Part shown: in pieces, positions 39,691-52,736 of the stretch | Numbering within the stretch: position 1 is the stretch's first letter | Layout of the letters: every line of letters begins with the position of its first letter | NCBI RefSeq assembly: GCF_006345805.1 | Contig: NC_043008.1 | Location: forward strand, 1,240,001 to 1,304,000 | Reading direction: 5' to 3' | Length of the DNA stretch: 64,000 bases | DNA from: Octopus sinensis | Lineage: Eukaryota | Notes under the pieces: model-generated | Told to the model about the DNA's origin: nothing | Database searches by the model: none | The model's input: the letters and a program-made list of their open reading frames with translations, nothing else | Program-made: the position numbers and the translations under genes

Positions 39691-40019
39691 TATATAATAT
39701 ATATATATCGACTGAACTGGAAGGCACGTACTAGTAACCGAGGGAGGGACGCGCAGCATATATATATGGGGGGGGGTTCGTGAGTAAATGTGCGCGTGTG
39801 AATCTGTGTGATGTCTATTATATGTTGTGTACGTTCTTTATGTATATGGAAATGCTTCATATAATTAATTATAAATATCTATTACGCATTGTTTGCTTTA
39901 TTATTCTTATGCTTATCATTATTATTGTTGTCGGTTTTGCTCTTCCACTTCTTGTTCGAGTTGTTGTAGCTGATTTGGCGCTGTTCTTCCTTTTTACTCA
40001 TTGTTCTTCCTTTCCTCCT

Positions 40020-40355
40020 CTTCTTCTTCTACTTCTTCTTCTTCTTTTTCTTCTTCTTCTTTTTCTTCTTCTTCTTCTTTTTCTTCTTTTTCTTCTTCTT
40101 CTTCTTGTTCTTCTTCTTTTTCTTCTTGTTCTTCTTGTTCTTCTTCTTTTTCTTCTTCTTTTTCTTCTTCTTCTTCTTTTCTTCTTCTTCTTTTTCTTCT
40201 TCTTATTCTTGTTCTTGTTTCTTTTTCTTCTTCTTATTTTCTCCTTCTTCTTTTTCCTCTTCTTCTTCTTCTTATTATTATTATTATTATTAATATTATT
40301 ATTATTGTTATTATTACTGTTATTGTTGTTGTTGTTATTGTTGTTGTTGTTGTTA
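40020..40355. repeat. (CTT)n/(TTA)n/(GTT)n microsatellite
   Basis: Direct reading. Confidence 0.95.
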
Positions 40356-40482
40356 TAAATGCATGATATAACGTACAGTTAAAACGGATTTTCTGCCTAA
40401 TAGTTAATTCACACACACGCATATCAATATACAATTACGTAAAGCGATACAAACATAGATGCATTCATATACATATATAAGT

Positions 40483-40514
<32 letters not shown>

Positions 40515-40961
40515 TGTGTGTGTATGCATAGATTCACAGGAGTATGTATTAGTATAATTACATGATTAATTTAACCTTGAATTAAAGCATGCAAATGATG
40601 GAATGAGCAATCAATATCGATGCAGTGAACACTAAGCTAACATTTCACCTCTCACCTCGAATTTCAAACAATAATTCATTCACACATCACTGATTTCTAA
40701 TCACACTTAATAAGTAATTAACTCACGCAAAAACATACAACCGCTTCCATATTTATATTCAAATACATGTGTGCACAGCAACCGAGGCATTTATGCACAC
40801 TCAGTAATTTTATAACATACACATTCTCTATAGATATTTCCAAATGTATATGAGTGTATGTATGTATCCAATCAGGCACATATAAATTTAAATATGAAAC
40901 ACGCACACAAAAACACACACATACAAACACACACACAAACACACATACATATATATAAGGT

Positions 40962-41003
<42 letters not shown>

Positions 41004-41069
41004 CCTTATATATATGTATGTGTGTGTGTGTGTGTGTGTGAATATAATATATAGATATATGTATATGTA

Positions 41070-41102
<33 letters not shown>

Positions 41103-41730
41103 TATGTATAAATAGATAGATATAGATAGATATATACATATACATACTTTCACACACAAAGTGGCACATGCATACAGATATATATATATATATAAGCCTC
41201 TATATGTATACATACACAGGTCGTATGTATATGTGTGCAGAGGTATCTCTGAATGTATGCATATCCAGTAAAAAAAAAATTTTTGATTGAAAAATTAATA
41301 TTACAAGAAGTGGTGGAGGTACATCAAATATTTTTGCTTCGTTTATTTCATAGGAAATTTAAAATATATACAAAATTGTTGACCGAGTCGATTTCTCATC
41401 TGTAATTACTGTGTAATCTTTAGAAACATGAAACAGCAGTTGACTAGAATAATTTGCTGAATGTATAATTATAGTGTAATGAGTTATGAGAGAGGAACAC
41501 AGACCAACATCTTGCACACAGAGTTTGTATTTGTTTCTCAGCATAATACCGATGCATACATTAACACATGCGTACATACATATACATACTTACATGCATG
41601 CATAATTCCATGCATACATACATAAATACATACACACTCACATATATATTTCTATATACATAGACCCAAATGTATATGAGTTTGTATTTATATGTATGTT
41701 CTCTGTATCCTTATTGATCAGGGTCACTGG

Positions 41731-41830
41731 NNNNNNNNNNNNNNNNNNNNNNNNNNNNNNNNNNNNNNNNNNNNNNNNNNNNNNNNNNNNNNNNNNNNNN
41801 NNNNNNNNNNNNNNNNNNNNNNNNNNNNNN
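41731..41830. other. Assembly gap (100 N)
   Basis: 100 consecutive n characters; true length unknown. Confidence 1.
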
Positions 41831-43656
41831 AAGGTGAACTAGATTCTATGCTAAAGACCAACTTATGTGAATATCATGGAAACATTTAATGAAATTAAAT
41901 ATCGCCTTCCTTGCAACCAGAAATAAAATGCTGCCTTGGTTCGGGAAGAAGGATGGTCAGCTCTGACGCAATGCATCTCCCGAAGGCATCGATGACGTAA
42001 ACGGAATGAAATGTCTCTGACCGAAATCAGAAGCCGCAGTGAATAATTCACTTGCCTACAGCTTATTCCTCCATCCTCATTACGTGGACGTAAATATTGG
42101 ATTCATAATTAGTGAATGCTCTAGGGAAGAGAAAATTAGACATGTTGATGCTTTTGTGCCAATCACTGAACACCAAACGGCATGAAACATCTTGAACAGG
42201 CAGTTTGAAAATGATCTTCATTAAATATCAGCCCATATCAGCAAATGTAACCGTAAAAGAGCAGAAATGTCACGAGTCTGTGTTATAGTCGGAGTACAGT
42301 ATTATATGAGACACGTTGTCGCTTGTAATAATGAATTTTGATGTAGGCACGTGGCCAGCAATTGTGGAGAGAGAGTGATTTAGTCTATTGTATCACCCCT
42401 CCCAGCAGGATTGATACACTGTTGATCACAGCAAGTTTTGAGCTAAAACCATAAATCGATGCTACAAATACCGTGTTGCATATATTTTCCGATCCACCAA
42501 CGATTCTGTCACCAGCCATTTTGTTGCTTGTTATATCACTTTTGGCCATTACAATCATCTTCGTAGATAAAGTTGCTTTTTTTTATTTAACGTGGCGGCA
42601 GATATTCAATTCTGCTAATGTCACCCAATTTTTCATAATTACGTATGCCATTCCAATACTATTGTTCAACTGCAGGTGTTATATTTAATCAAATAACTTG
42701 TTTGTTACAATTTATTAATTTGTGCTACGATTCCTACCCACCATGATCAAATTGTATATGTGTGCACGGGGTGGGATTGGGGATGTTATAATGATTACTA
42801 ACCAAATACTGTATTCGATTTATCGACTTTTTCTTGGCAAAATGTCTTCACTGAGCTAATGATAGGGATCAATGTTAAAAGAGAGTCTGAATTTAAACAG
42901 TGAAATTACGGTATTGACATAATCTATCGCAGACGCCACACATAATATGCACATGCACCTATACCACAACACCCCCTGGGTGAAACAGTAATGCTTCGAG
43001 TGCCAAGAAGTCGTCAAAATGTTAGCAAATCATACAAATACATCCAAGTATGTACGCACACTGTTCTGATTTCAACTGTCACCAGGTTCGATTCTTGTCT
43101 TTGACCCCCCACCGGCACCATCGCAGTGATGTTCTACAATCCCTTTAATGGGCGCTTCTCAAACAAATTGTAAGCTCCTGAGTAAATGTTATATATGAAC
43201 TTAGAATAATGTGTACATTTGCCATTGTATTCAAATCGGAATGATATCAAGTATCCTATTCATAGATGTGTAAATAGTTTCGACCAACATTCATACCGGG
43301 AACAAGTGTTAACTCGGAAAGCCAGTGGCAATTACCTAATATTTATATAAAAGCAAAACGTGAACATGCCCATAGAAACTTATCCACACAACTTCGACGA
43401 TATTTTATGGAGATTTTCCTATGTTATTTATTAGAATGGCTGTTCCGTTTAGAATCGTGTTTGCATATCTGTTTTAATAGTGTACTACGATCAATCGCAG
43501 AGTGAAGCCATATCACTTCAATGAAACTAAATCGATTCATCTTATACTAATATATACACAATACAATTCTATTCCTGCAATGTATTAAACATATGGTTAT
43601 CTAAAGATATAATGTGAATACAAAGCATGTGATAATATAATACGTATAGTTATTTA

Positions 43657-44268
43657 AGGCGGCGAGCTGGCAGAAGCATTAGCACGCCGGGCAAAATGCA
43701 TAGCCGTATTTCGTCTGCCGTTACGTTCTGAGTTCAATTTCCGCCGACGTCAATTTTGCCTTTCATCCTTTCGGGGTCGATAAATAAAGTACCAGTTACG
43801 CACTGGGATCGATGTAATCGACTTAAAGCGTTTGTCTGTCCTTGCTTGTCCCCTCTGTGTTTAGACACTTGTGGGTAATAAAGAAATAGGTATTTCGTCT
43901 GTAGTTATGTTCTGAGTTCAAATTCCGCCGAGGTCGACTATGCCTTTCATCCTTTCGCGGTCGATAAATGAAGTACGAGTTACGCACTGGGGTCGATGTA
44001 ATCGACTTAATCCGTTTGCCTGTCCTTGTTTGCTTCCTCTATGTTTATCCCCTTGTGGGCAATAAAGGAATGAGAAACGTTAGCACGTCGGAAGAAATGC
44101 TTTGCGGTATTTCGTATGACCTTACGTTCTCAGTTCGAATTCCGCCGAGGTCGACTTCGCTTTTCATCAGTTCAAGGACGATAAATTAAGTACCAGCTGC
44201 ATACTGGGGTTGATCTTATCGATTGGCCCCTTCCCCAAAATGTCGAGCCTTGTGCCTAGAGTAGAAAT
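43657..44268 (+). mobile_element. SINE family A trimer (head-core-tailB, core-tailB, near-full core-tailA)
   Basis: Junctions gaaata|ggtatttcg (43888/43889) and ggaatga|gaaacgttagc (44073/44074). Possible TSD gtatagttattta / gtatagtaattaa. Confidence 0.92.
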
Positions 44269-45244
44269 GAGCATGTATAGTAATTAATTATTGAAATATG
44301 GAATGAAATCTTCATCAAATAACGCTTTATTATTTCTATGAGGGATTTTCCACATAGAAAAGTTGAAGTTAAATACACCAGTTGAGAATGATATTTTAGC
44401 GATATTTTACATTGCATCTCTAGTTTAACAGATCTAGCAGAACTAAATTTCAATAGAATGTACGATGGGTTTTTTTACTTCATAATAAGGAAGACAGCCT
44501 AGATACATAATTTATAGTGGCAAAGTAAACATGGAGCAGGCCATGAGATTGAAGTTGGAATGGAGCAAATCTACGTTTATTAGCTTTTGACCGAAATGTG
44601 TTGCAAAATATTGTTCATTGATTATAAAGAGAGACTGTATTCAGAATAGATTATTGATGTTGTTGAGCAGATTAGCGTATTGAGTGAACAATCAAATATT
44701 TATTAAATTAATACTTAGTTAATGATATCGAAGATACTACATAATAACGATTAAGCCACTGAGGTAATTTGGCCATTATTTGATAATTCTATTCTCAAAA
44801 GCAAGATTTACACGTTCACACAGTTATAGTATAAGAACATTAAAAGAAAATATCAGATCACAATATTACTTCTACTAAGATAGTTGGCAATAAGTCAGTG
44901 AGTAAAAAAATCCTCAAAATACAACTAAACAAAACACTTTACTCATATATTTAATGCGTGACTTGATTTTAAATGCTTCTGATTTAAATAAAAAGAAATC
45001 TTTCTCAAATTATATTTTATCTTTCAGAGAAAGACATTAAATGCGTCGATCGTCTGTCGTAAATCAACACAGCGTTTCATTGATAACATTTAGCCCAGCC
45101 AACGAATGTTTTATCATACGCACGCTCGGAGATGTAGAAACAAAAACACTCGTAGTGACACAGATATATTATATATACATACATTCACCAACCCACACAC
45201 GTACACACACACACATACGTACGTAGACACGCGCGCACACACAT

Positions 45245-45262
45245 ATAGATAGACAGACAGAT

Positions 45263-45294
<32 letters not shown>

Positions 45295-45315
45295 GACAGA
45301 TAGATAGATAGATAA

Positions 45316-45383
<68 letters not shown>

Positions 45384-45606
45384 GAAGATAGATATAGATA
45401 TTAATATACACACATTTTTCTGTTGGAAACCAGAAAAAAAATAAAAGAGAAATTAGTATTCACACAAAGCGCATTTTCTATATATATATAGATATATATA
45501 TATATATCTATAATATATGATCTACTTACATATACATACATACATATATATGTATATATATATATACATATATATATGTATATATATATATATAATATAT
45601 ATATAA

Positions 45607-45641
<35 letters not shown>

Positions 45642-45663
45642 TATAAATATATTATATATTATG

Positions 45664-45700
<37 letters not shown>

Positions 45701-45868
45701 GTATATATATACATGATATATATATACATATAAATATATAGAATATATATATATATATATAATGATTATATAATATATATATACATATAAATATATATAT
45801 ATATAACTAACAATATATATATATATTAATATATATACAATATATATTATATATATATTATATACAAT

Positions 45869-45905
<37 letters not shown>

Positions 45906-45929
45906 TATATATATATATTACATATATAT

Positions 45930-45976
<47 letters not shown>

Positions 45977-46055
45977 CATATATAAATATATATATATATA
46001 TACATATATTATATATATACATACTATAAATATATATATATATACATATATTATA

Positions 46056-46117
<62 letters not shown>
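45245..46117. repeat. (GATA)n tract followed by long degenerate (TA)n tracts
   Basis: Direct reading: (GATA)n at about 45245-45395, (TA)n at about 45480-46117. Confidence 0.93.
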
Positions 46118-46120
<3 letters not shown>

Positions 46121-46310
46121 AATATTAGGGAATAAATCCAAATTTACAGGGAAAAAAATAATTTGACACTGAATTATTGGAAGTCCCTGAAGATTGTCGA
46201 TCAAGACAGAACGATTGTAGTGGCGGTTTTTTTGACTATTATTAAAATTTTATGTATTAATTAAGTCTTCCTTGTTTGTTTTGCAAAATAGTGGTTTTGT
46301 CTCGAATAAT
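46118..46310 (+). mobile_element. Penelope-like terminal repeat remnant with decayed hammerhead, between TA tracts
   Basis: CTGAAGA(46187-93)-t-tgtc-gatcaa-gaca-GAA-cgattgta; one core A is missing and stem I has decayed. Confidence 0.45.
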
Positions 46311-46813
46311 ATTTTATATATATATATTATATATATATAATATATTATATATATATATATATATATATTACATTATGTCTCTGACATATTTAATGGCGCC
46401 TGCCAATTCTCTACAAATACTCCTCATTAATTATGCAGATTCTGACATATTCCACTACCGTTTCCGGAGGAAATTTGGGTTTTGTATTCCCTTTGAGTTA
46501 GTTAAAATGATTCTAGATATTCCCTCGGGTGATTCTCTCAATTTTATTTTACTGAACATCGAAATCTTGGAGATTTGAGTTAACATGCAAATAGTTTCTT
46601 CTCACCATTAGTATTTGGAAAAATTACAATTATTTCAGAACTTCTGTTGTACACGTTACAGTTAGACCTTCCAGCCTACACCCACCTCTCCGCCTTCAAT
46701 CGCTCATAAATATATACATCTACGTATGCTCAAGCTTATACACATACACACGCTCACATACTCACGTACAATTTACAAAATTGATAGAGAGACAGAGAGA
46801 GAGTGTGACAGAG

Positions 46814-46881
<68 letters not shown>

Positions 46882-46944
46882 AAATAAATTGTATTGTTTT
46901 GGTGGGAAATAGAGCAAATCAGTGAATGGTCAATTTCATTAATA

Positions 46945-47112
46945 TCGATTTAGTTAGTTAGTTAATTTTTTGGCTCAAAAAGCAAAATGCAAGGTCATGT
47001 AGGGGGAGATGGAGTTATGTACAGGGTGGTGTTCATGTAAAGAGTTCAGGCCACTTGAGGTCAAGTGAGATTTTGAACCGAGCGGTCGTCGGCATCTTCA
47101 CCATCTCGTCTT
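46945..47112 (-). mobile_element. 3' fragment of a second CR1/L2-like LINE
   Basis: Minus strand encodes DEMVKMPTTARFKISLDLKWPELFT* (typical LP..VV.A...FK..LD..W terminus), then a short UTR and a (TAAC)n tail. Confidence 0.6.
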
Positions 47113-48199
47113 TAGGTTAATTCAGATTAATTTAGATTAATTCTATATGAATAGGTGCTGGGCACTGTTTTACTGCACACATTCAACTATTTTGTTACGT
47201 CCTTGTGGCTCATTCCTGCTGTTTTTAAAAGCGGCCACCTAGTTAGGTTTTACCTTCCCCTCCCTGTTTGCTTACAAACCTGTAAATGTCCAACGAGAAG
47301 AAACAATGGACACAACAACAAAAGGACAAAAGACATATGCAAGTCTTTAATTAAAATGTTGATAATATTACCTGAACCGATATTATTGAGGAACAGCTTA
47401 ACCATAGGTAAATCATTCTATACAGAACACTCAGTACACTGAAAGTATATTCTTTCCAATTCTCTCGTTGACAAAATTTTATAATGTTTGATATAATTGA
47501 GCATACCAATTTTATCAAGTAAATGAACGGATTTTGTGTGTTTAAGAGGATGGTATATGAAACGAAGGTACTGTTTTGAGTCAAGATTTTTATACGTTAT
47601 CTGTTTCAATTATTTGACATTTATTCTTGTTTAAAATATCTAAAGATGATCGTTTGCTTCTGGTTAAATTGCATCGTGTATTCAATGTTTTTTATTGCTA
47701 TGATCTGTGCAATTCTTATATTTCTTAAGCTCACATTAACATAGACCGTCATCCTCTGCAATTCTAAATCAAATAGGCGTAAAATGCGTCTCCAAATATT
47801 TCAAAAGTAGTAATAATGAAATCAAACCGGGTAGTGATGTTTTGAAATAATTTAAAGCGTGCGCTTCGGCTTTGTGTAACATATAGATCATCTATTACAT
47901 AAATCTGCCTTATAGGTGTATGTGTGTCTATGTGTGTGTGCATGCGAATGCGCAGTGGGTGTGAATATGCGTTGGGTGTCATTAGGTATGGTTAGAATTA
48001 AGTTTGACTAAATATTTTACAATTATATGGGAACCATATGGCCAAATTTTCATGAGATATAAAATATCATTAACGTAATTGTGTAATGACATCAATTATG
48101 CTAAGCCCATCACCATATTCAAGATATTGAATTCTACAACATATTAAATGTAAAATTATAATGGTAAAAAGGGAAAACATGTTTATATATTCTTTGACA

Positions 48200-48404
48200 C
48201 TCTTGGCACAAGACCCGACATTTTAGGGGAGTGGGTTAGTCTGTTAGATATAACCCAGTACACAACTGATACTTAATTTATCGAACCCGAAAAGATGAAA
48301 GGTAAAGTCAACCTCGGCGGAATTTGAACTCAGAACGTAAAGACAGACGAAATAAAGATAAGCATTACGCCCTGCGTGCTAACGATTCTGCCAGCCCGTC
48401 ACCT
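48200..48404 (-). mobile_element. Near full-length SINE family A copy with tail A
   Basis: ttggcacaagacccgacattttagggg...aacctcggcggaatttgaactcagaacgt...ctaacgattctgccagcccgtcacctt. Confidence 0.8.
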
Positions 48405-48803
48405 TTATATGTTTATGTATTAAATGCTAGTCATTTAAGTTCCAAGGTCATTGTGGTCAAATGAATAGAAATCTGCATTGCATTCAAATCAGAAAGTGTA
48501 CAAAAACTCACTCTAAATATATCGCTGAAGCCATCTATACACGTTGATGAATATGCAACAATAATGTTATTTCATGAACAAGGCATGGGTAGTGCTTATT
48601 AACAACTGCCTAAAGATTTCATAGCTCAGAATTGTTGACGTTTGTATTTCAATTCATTCAGGAGCGGATGAATAGAAATTCGGGAACAAAGGATTTGACG
48701 TGACGACGTTTGGAACGTATACAATGATGCACATTTCAAAATGTGATAATGAGTTATATCAGCAGTAACGATACACATAGAATGTTTATTTTTCACACAC
48801 ATA

Positions 48804-48841
<38 letters not shown>

Positions 48842-49087
48842 GTATTATAGCAGGGACTTAAGTATTTGTGATTTGACATGGGGGTTGAGGAAAATAACAT
48901 AATACGTATCTCTTTTGTTTGGTCAGCGGCCTTGTAAATGACACTAGTTCCGAGTGTGTGTCACCTGGTGTCCGGGTTTCAATATTCCCATCTAAATCAG
49001 TAGAAATTTCAATTTTGGTAAGCATTAAATTGATTTGTTCGGATCGTTTATATATTTATTTTCTCTATCTACATACACATAATAAAT

Positions 49088-49290
49088 AAGGTGGCAGAAT
49101 TCTTAGTACGCCAGGTAAAATGATTAGCGGCGTTGCGTCCCGCCTTACATTCTGAGTTCAAGCCCGCTAATGTTGCCATTGCCTTCCTTCTTTTCGGGGT
49201 CGTTCAAATAAGTACCAGATAATCACTGGTGTCAAAGTAATAAACTTTCTCCCTTCTCTTCAGCTTCTCGCCTTGTGCTAACGTTTGAAA
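49088..49290 (+). mobile_element. Degraded SINE family A copy
   Basis: aaggtggcagaattcttagtacgccaggtaaaatgattagcgg...ttctgagttcaag...ttttcggggtcgttcaaataagtaccag. Confidence 0.6.
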
Positions 49291-49560
49291 TCAATATATG
49301 TAATATATGCCAACAGATTCAATGTAGGGATGCTGTATCAGGATTAGATAGCACGAAGTATACCTACGAAATTAAACTGCTTCACCCAGAAATTGAAATT
49401 CTGGTTTTGTGGCAATAAATCTATCAGAAGGAATAAAAAAGAAAACTCGAATTTAGTCCTTCGATTATAAGTCCCTGATCGAGGTTTAGGTGTGTACTCT
49501 ACATCAGTATAGGCATCGATGTATATGAGTTGCGCATATAAATTAAATATTCATATTCTT

Positions 49561-49791
49561 TTACTCTTTTATTTGTTTCAGACATTTGACTGCGGCCATG
49601 CAAACACAAGCACATAAACATACACACACACATATATTTATACATATATACGACAGGCTTCTTTCAGTTTCCGTCTACCATATCCACTCACAAGGCTTTG
49701 CTCGGCCCGAGGCTATAGTGGAAGACACTTGCCGAAGGTACCACGCAGTGGTACTGAACCCGGAACCATGTGATTGGTAAGTAAGCTACTT
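49561..49791 (-). mobile_element. tRNA-derived SINE family B, body and tail (head displaced to 54817-54847)
   Basis: Minus strand: aagtagcttacttaccaatcacatggttccgggttcagtacc (B box)...ggtagacggaaactgaaagaagcctgtcg...gcatggccgcagtcaaatgtctgaaacaaataaaagagtaa. The A box is missing here. Confidence 0.8.
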
Positions 49792-50019
49792 TATTTCATA
49801 TAATTTGCCATTTAGGCATTTACAAAGAGGGGACAAACAAGGACAGACAAATATAAAGGGTGAAGTAGCTTAACACAGTTACAATTTTCGAATGAAATTA
49901 CGGATAAGATTATAAACAATGAATTTTACGAAGGCAATGTTTAAAAATATTAATGATCATGTCGAAGGACGGACACCCAGCCATCCGGGTAGAACCTTTA
50001 CTTTCTGGTCCGGTCACAC

Positions 50020-50918
50020 TTACCTGGTGCCAAACATACCCATCTTGTATGCCACAGGCTTCCATCTTTTCACAAACATATCTCGTGACAGACACCTCTT
50101 CTCCGGCCTGATTTTGCTACTGAGGTGGGTAACTAAAAAAGTTTATATCAAACCCTGGCCGGAGACAAAGGTGCCTGTCACTATACCTTTCGTACGCGCC
50201 TTCCATACTGTTTCTTTCAGTATGGCTACTACACAGAAAAAACAAGCCTTTCTTTCCCTGTTAAGGAAAGGGGGCGGCACAATCTCGATGATAGACTCAG
50301 CCGATAGCTGTACTCTTCCCATCACTGACAACAGTTGTTCAACAAAAGCTATCAGTCCCGATAACTCCGGACACTCCACGAATGCGTGAAAGACGGTCTC
50401 CCTATCCTGCTCACATCGCGGGCATGTCGGCGAGACGGCACTACCGTGCCTTGACAGCTTGTCGCGAACAGGTAAAGCCGCACGGAAACACTGCCAGGCC
50501 AGGGATTTCTGGTAATTATCCAGATACCCCGGCCCGAACGTCCTCCGGAACAGGTTGACCAGCTGATTTTCATCGTAGCCCAGGGTCTCCCCCAAGGCGT
50601 CTTCGGACTTAATCTCCACTAACCCGCTATAGAAATCCGTGGTGGAACTCCTGGGTCTACATAGACTGTACTTGTCTGTAGAGCCAAGTCTTTACGGATC
50701 AGTACCACTACGCCCCCTCGCCCTCCGGTCTGGCCAGGAGACATGATTTTCTCGTAGCCATTCAGGAGAGGCGAGAAGGTTTGTAGGCTGTCCAGCTTGG
50801 TCTCTGTAGCAACCATCACATGTATATCATGTGATCTGAGGTCGTCGAGGAAACAAGCCTGCTTCCACTTCGAACTCAGACCACGCACATTTAAACAACC
50901 AAGGTTAAGCGAAGCCAT
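50020..50918 (-). pseudogene. E1 ORF2 remnant: ~89 aa of APE endonuclease joined to the C-terminal zinc finger; RT deleted
   Basis: MASLNLGCLNVRGL...VATETKL...GGVVVLIRK...YVDPG, then in another frame STTDFYSGLVE...ALPVRDKLSRHG...CPRCEQDRETVFHAFVEC...FVKRWKPVA. Junction near 50651; no YADD or other RT motif. Confidence 0.88.
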
Positions 50919-50935
50919 TACAAAAAGCAAAAGTT

Positions 50936-52324
50936 CTACTTACATTTCGTTGGAGAGGTGGGGGCCGACCTCACCACACGCTTGTGGGCCCCTTCTTTCT
51001 CCTCTTTCTTCAGATAGTCCGGCAAGTTCGCGATATGCCGGATGGCGTTTGGGTGTCTGTCTTTTAATTGTTTGAACGTTGTTTCCGCAATCCACGCGTG
51101 TCTATTTCGATCTTTGTATTTGTTGTACAGTCTTGCTGACTGATGCTGAACCACAATATCGTTTATGTATTTGTCTTGTGTGTCGAATTCAATTAATATG
51201 AGTTCATTTTCTTTTTTGTCTTCTTTTTCTGGGCCAGTTGGGCGGGATTTTTTTTCCGTGTCTGTGGTGTGTCTTTGTTTTTATTATTTTTTGTAGGGGA
51301 TGTGGACGGGGATCTGCACGAATTCTTTTACGAACTGGTGTAAATCCCCCCTCTGATACCTCCATGGTATCGTCTGGGGTAGCAATAGTTTGTTCGGTAG
51401 GCGCCGCAGTTTTTAGGGGGGGGGGTTAATAGTGTAGGGGTTTGTGAGTGCGAGGGCTGGGTTTTTTTCTTCAGTCTGTTTTGGGGTTGGCACCGTAACA
51501 GCAGGAGTGGGATTTTTTGTTTTTGTAGGGGTAGGTGTGTTTGCAAGGGTAGGGACTTTTTTATTATCTGAGGGGCCTGGTGTCTGCGGTTTCTTTTGCT
51601 TGTCTGGACAGTCTACACGAATGTGGCCCTTTTTGCCGCAGGCGTAACAGGTGGGTTTTCGGCTTTCGACCTGTACCCTGAGGGCTACGTTCTCGCCCAC
51701 GAGCACCCTCTCAGGAAGGAGCTGCAGGTCCTCCGCTGTTCCTTGAATTAATATATTAATGTTACGCCCGAGCCAAAATAGAGGGGCAGAGCATGTTACT
51801 TGTAGTATTTTTATTTTGTCCGCCCTTTTATATAACAGGGCGGCCACTACCTCTACCGGATCTACGTCCGGCGGGGCTTCTACAATCCTGACCCGGGACG
51901 TCCTGCGTCCGCTATAGCTTGGGAAAAGTACCACCTCCTTGGTGTTTTGGGGGTTCATAGAATGCCCGCGGGCCATTTCTTCCCCCGAGAAGCGGGCATC
52001 CACAGTGCCATATGCCCGTCCCCTGGCGACGTACACAATGTCCTTCCAAATCGGGGACAGGCATTTCTCGATGGTGCTTTTTTCAAAGTGTTTGAACCTT
52101 CTGCTTTGTGGACAGAAAGTTTTAAACACTACGGTCCGCTTCTCGGTCTCCACGATACTGGCGGAGGCTGATATTTTAACATCACCACCCTCCTCTTGCA
52201 TTTTTTTAAATAGCTCGACGAGCTGGTTGACATCGATGTCAATGTTCTCGGTAGCCACTGCGCTACCGCAGAAATTTTTTAACATTGCTCTCCTCAAGAG
52301 CACTACTTTCGTGAATAATTTCAA
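50936..52324 (-). pseudogene. E1 ORF1 (gag-like, single CCHC knuckle), frameshifted in homopolymer runs near the C-terminus
   Basis: Open for 303 codons including KPTCYACGKKGHIRVDCP (CX2CX4HX4C); the reading continues by frameshift to the ORF ending SPTKCK* at 50936. Confidence 0.85.
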
Positions 52325-52736
52325 CAGACATTATTCTGTTGAAATTAGACAACACAAAATTACGAATATTGGTTTCCCACAAAACTGGGAAGCCTATAGA
52401 AAGTTTTTCTTCCAAGTAGTTCAAAAAAGCAGTTCAAAATTCCAATTCCCACCCCCCCATTCGGGGGAGGTGCACGAAAATAGTCTGGCAGGACTATATA
52501 TACTCACGTAAATAAAAAGCCACAATGGCTAACAGTTCAACGGTAAGAAATTATCCAATTATTCCCCGGTAAAACCGGAGAACAAGAACATTTCAGCAAC
52601 GTTTAAAGACAAATTTTCGGTAGTAGAAATTCAACAATTAACAACACAGCAAAATTCTTACCGGGAAGAAAACGCGTCCAAACCGTAGTACGGTAACAAA
52701 GTCACTCTTCAGTCAGTGAGGTTAGCAAAGCTACTT

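Larger units (their letters stand above)
49792..52727 (-). mobile_element. Tx1-clade non-autonomous LINE E1 (ORF1 plus internally deleted ORF2), 2.9 kb
   Basis: CCHC ORF1, APE N-terminus fused out of frame to the zf-RVT C-terminus, bounded by AAGCTACTT at 49783-91 and 52728-36. Confidence 0.9.

Noticed and set aside
38302-46160. Matching 40-bp inverted sequences 7.8 kb apart as TIRs of one large element
   Set aside because: Their orientation places each element body outside the interval, so they are two separate copies of one family.
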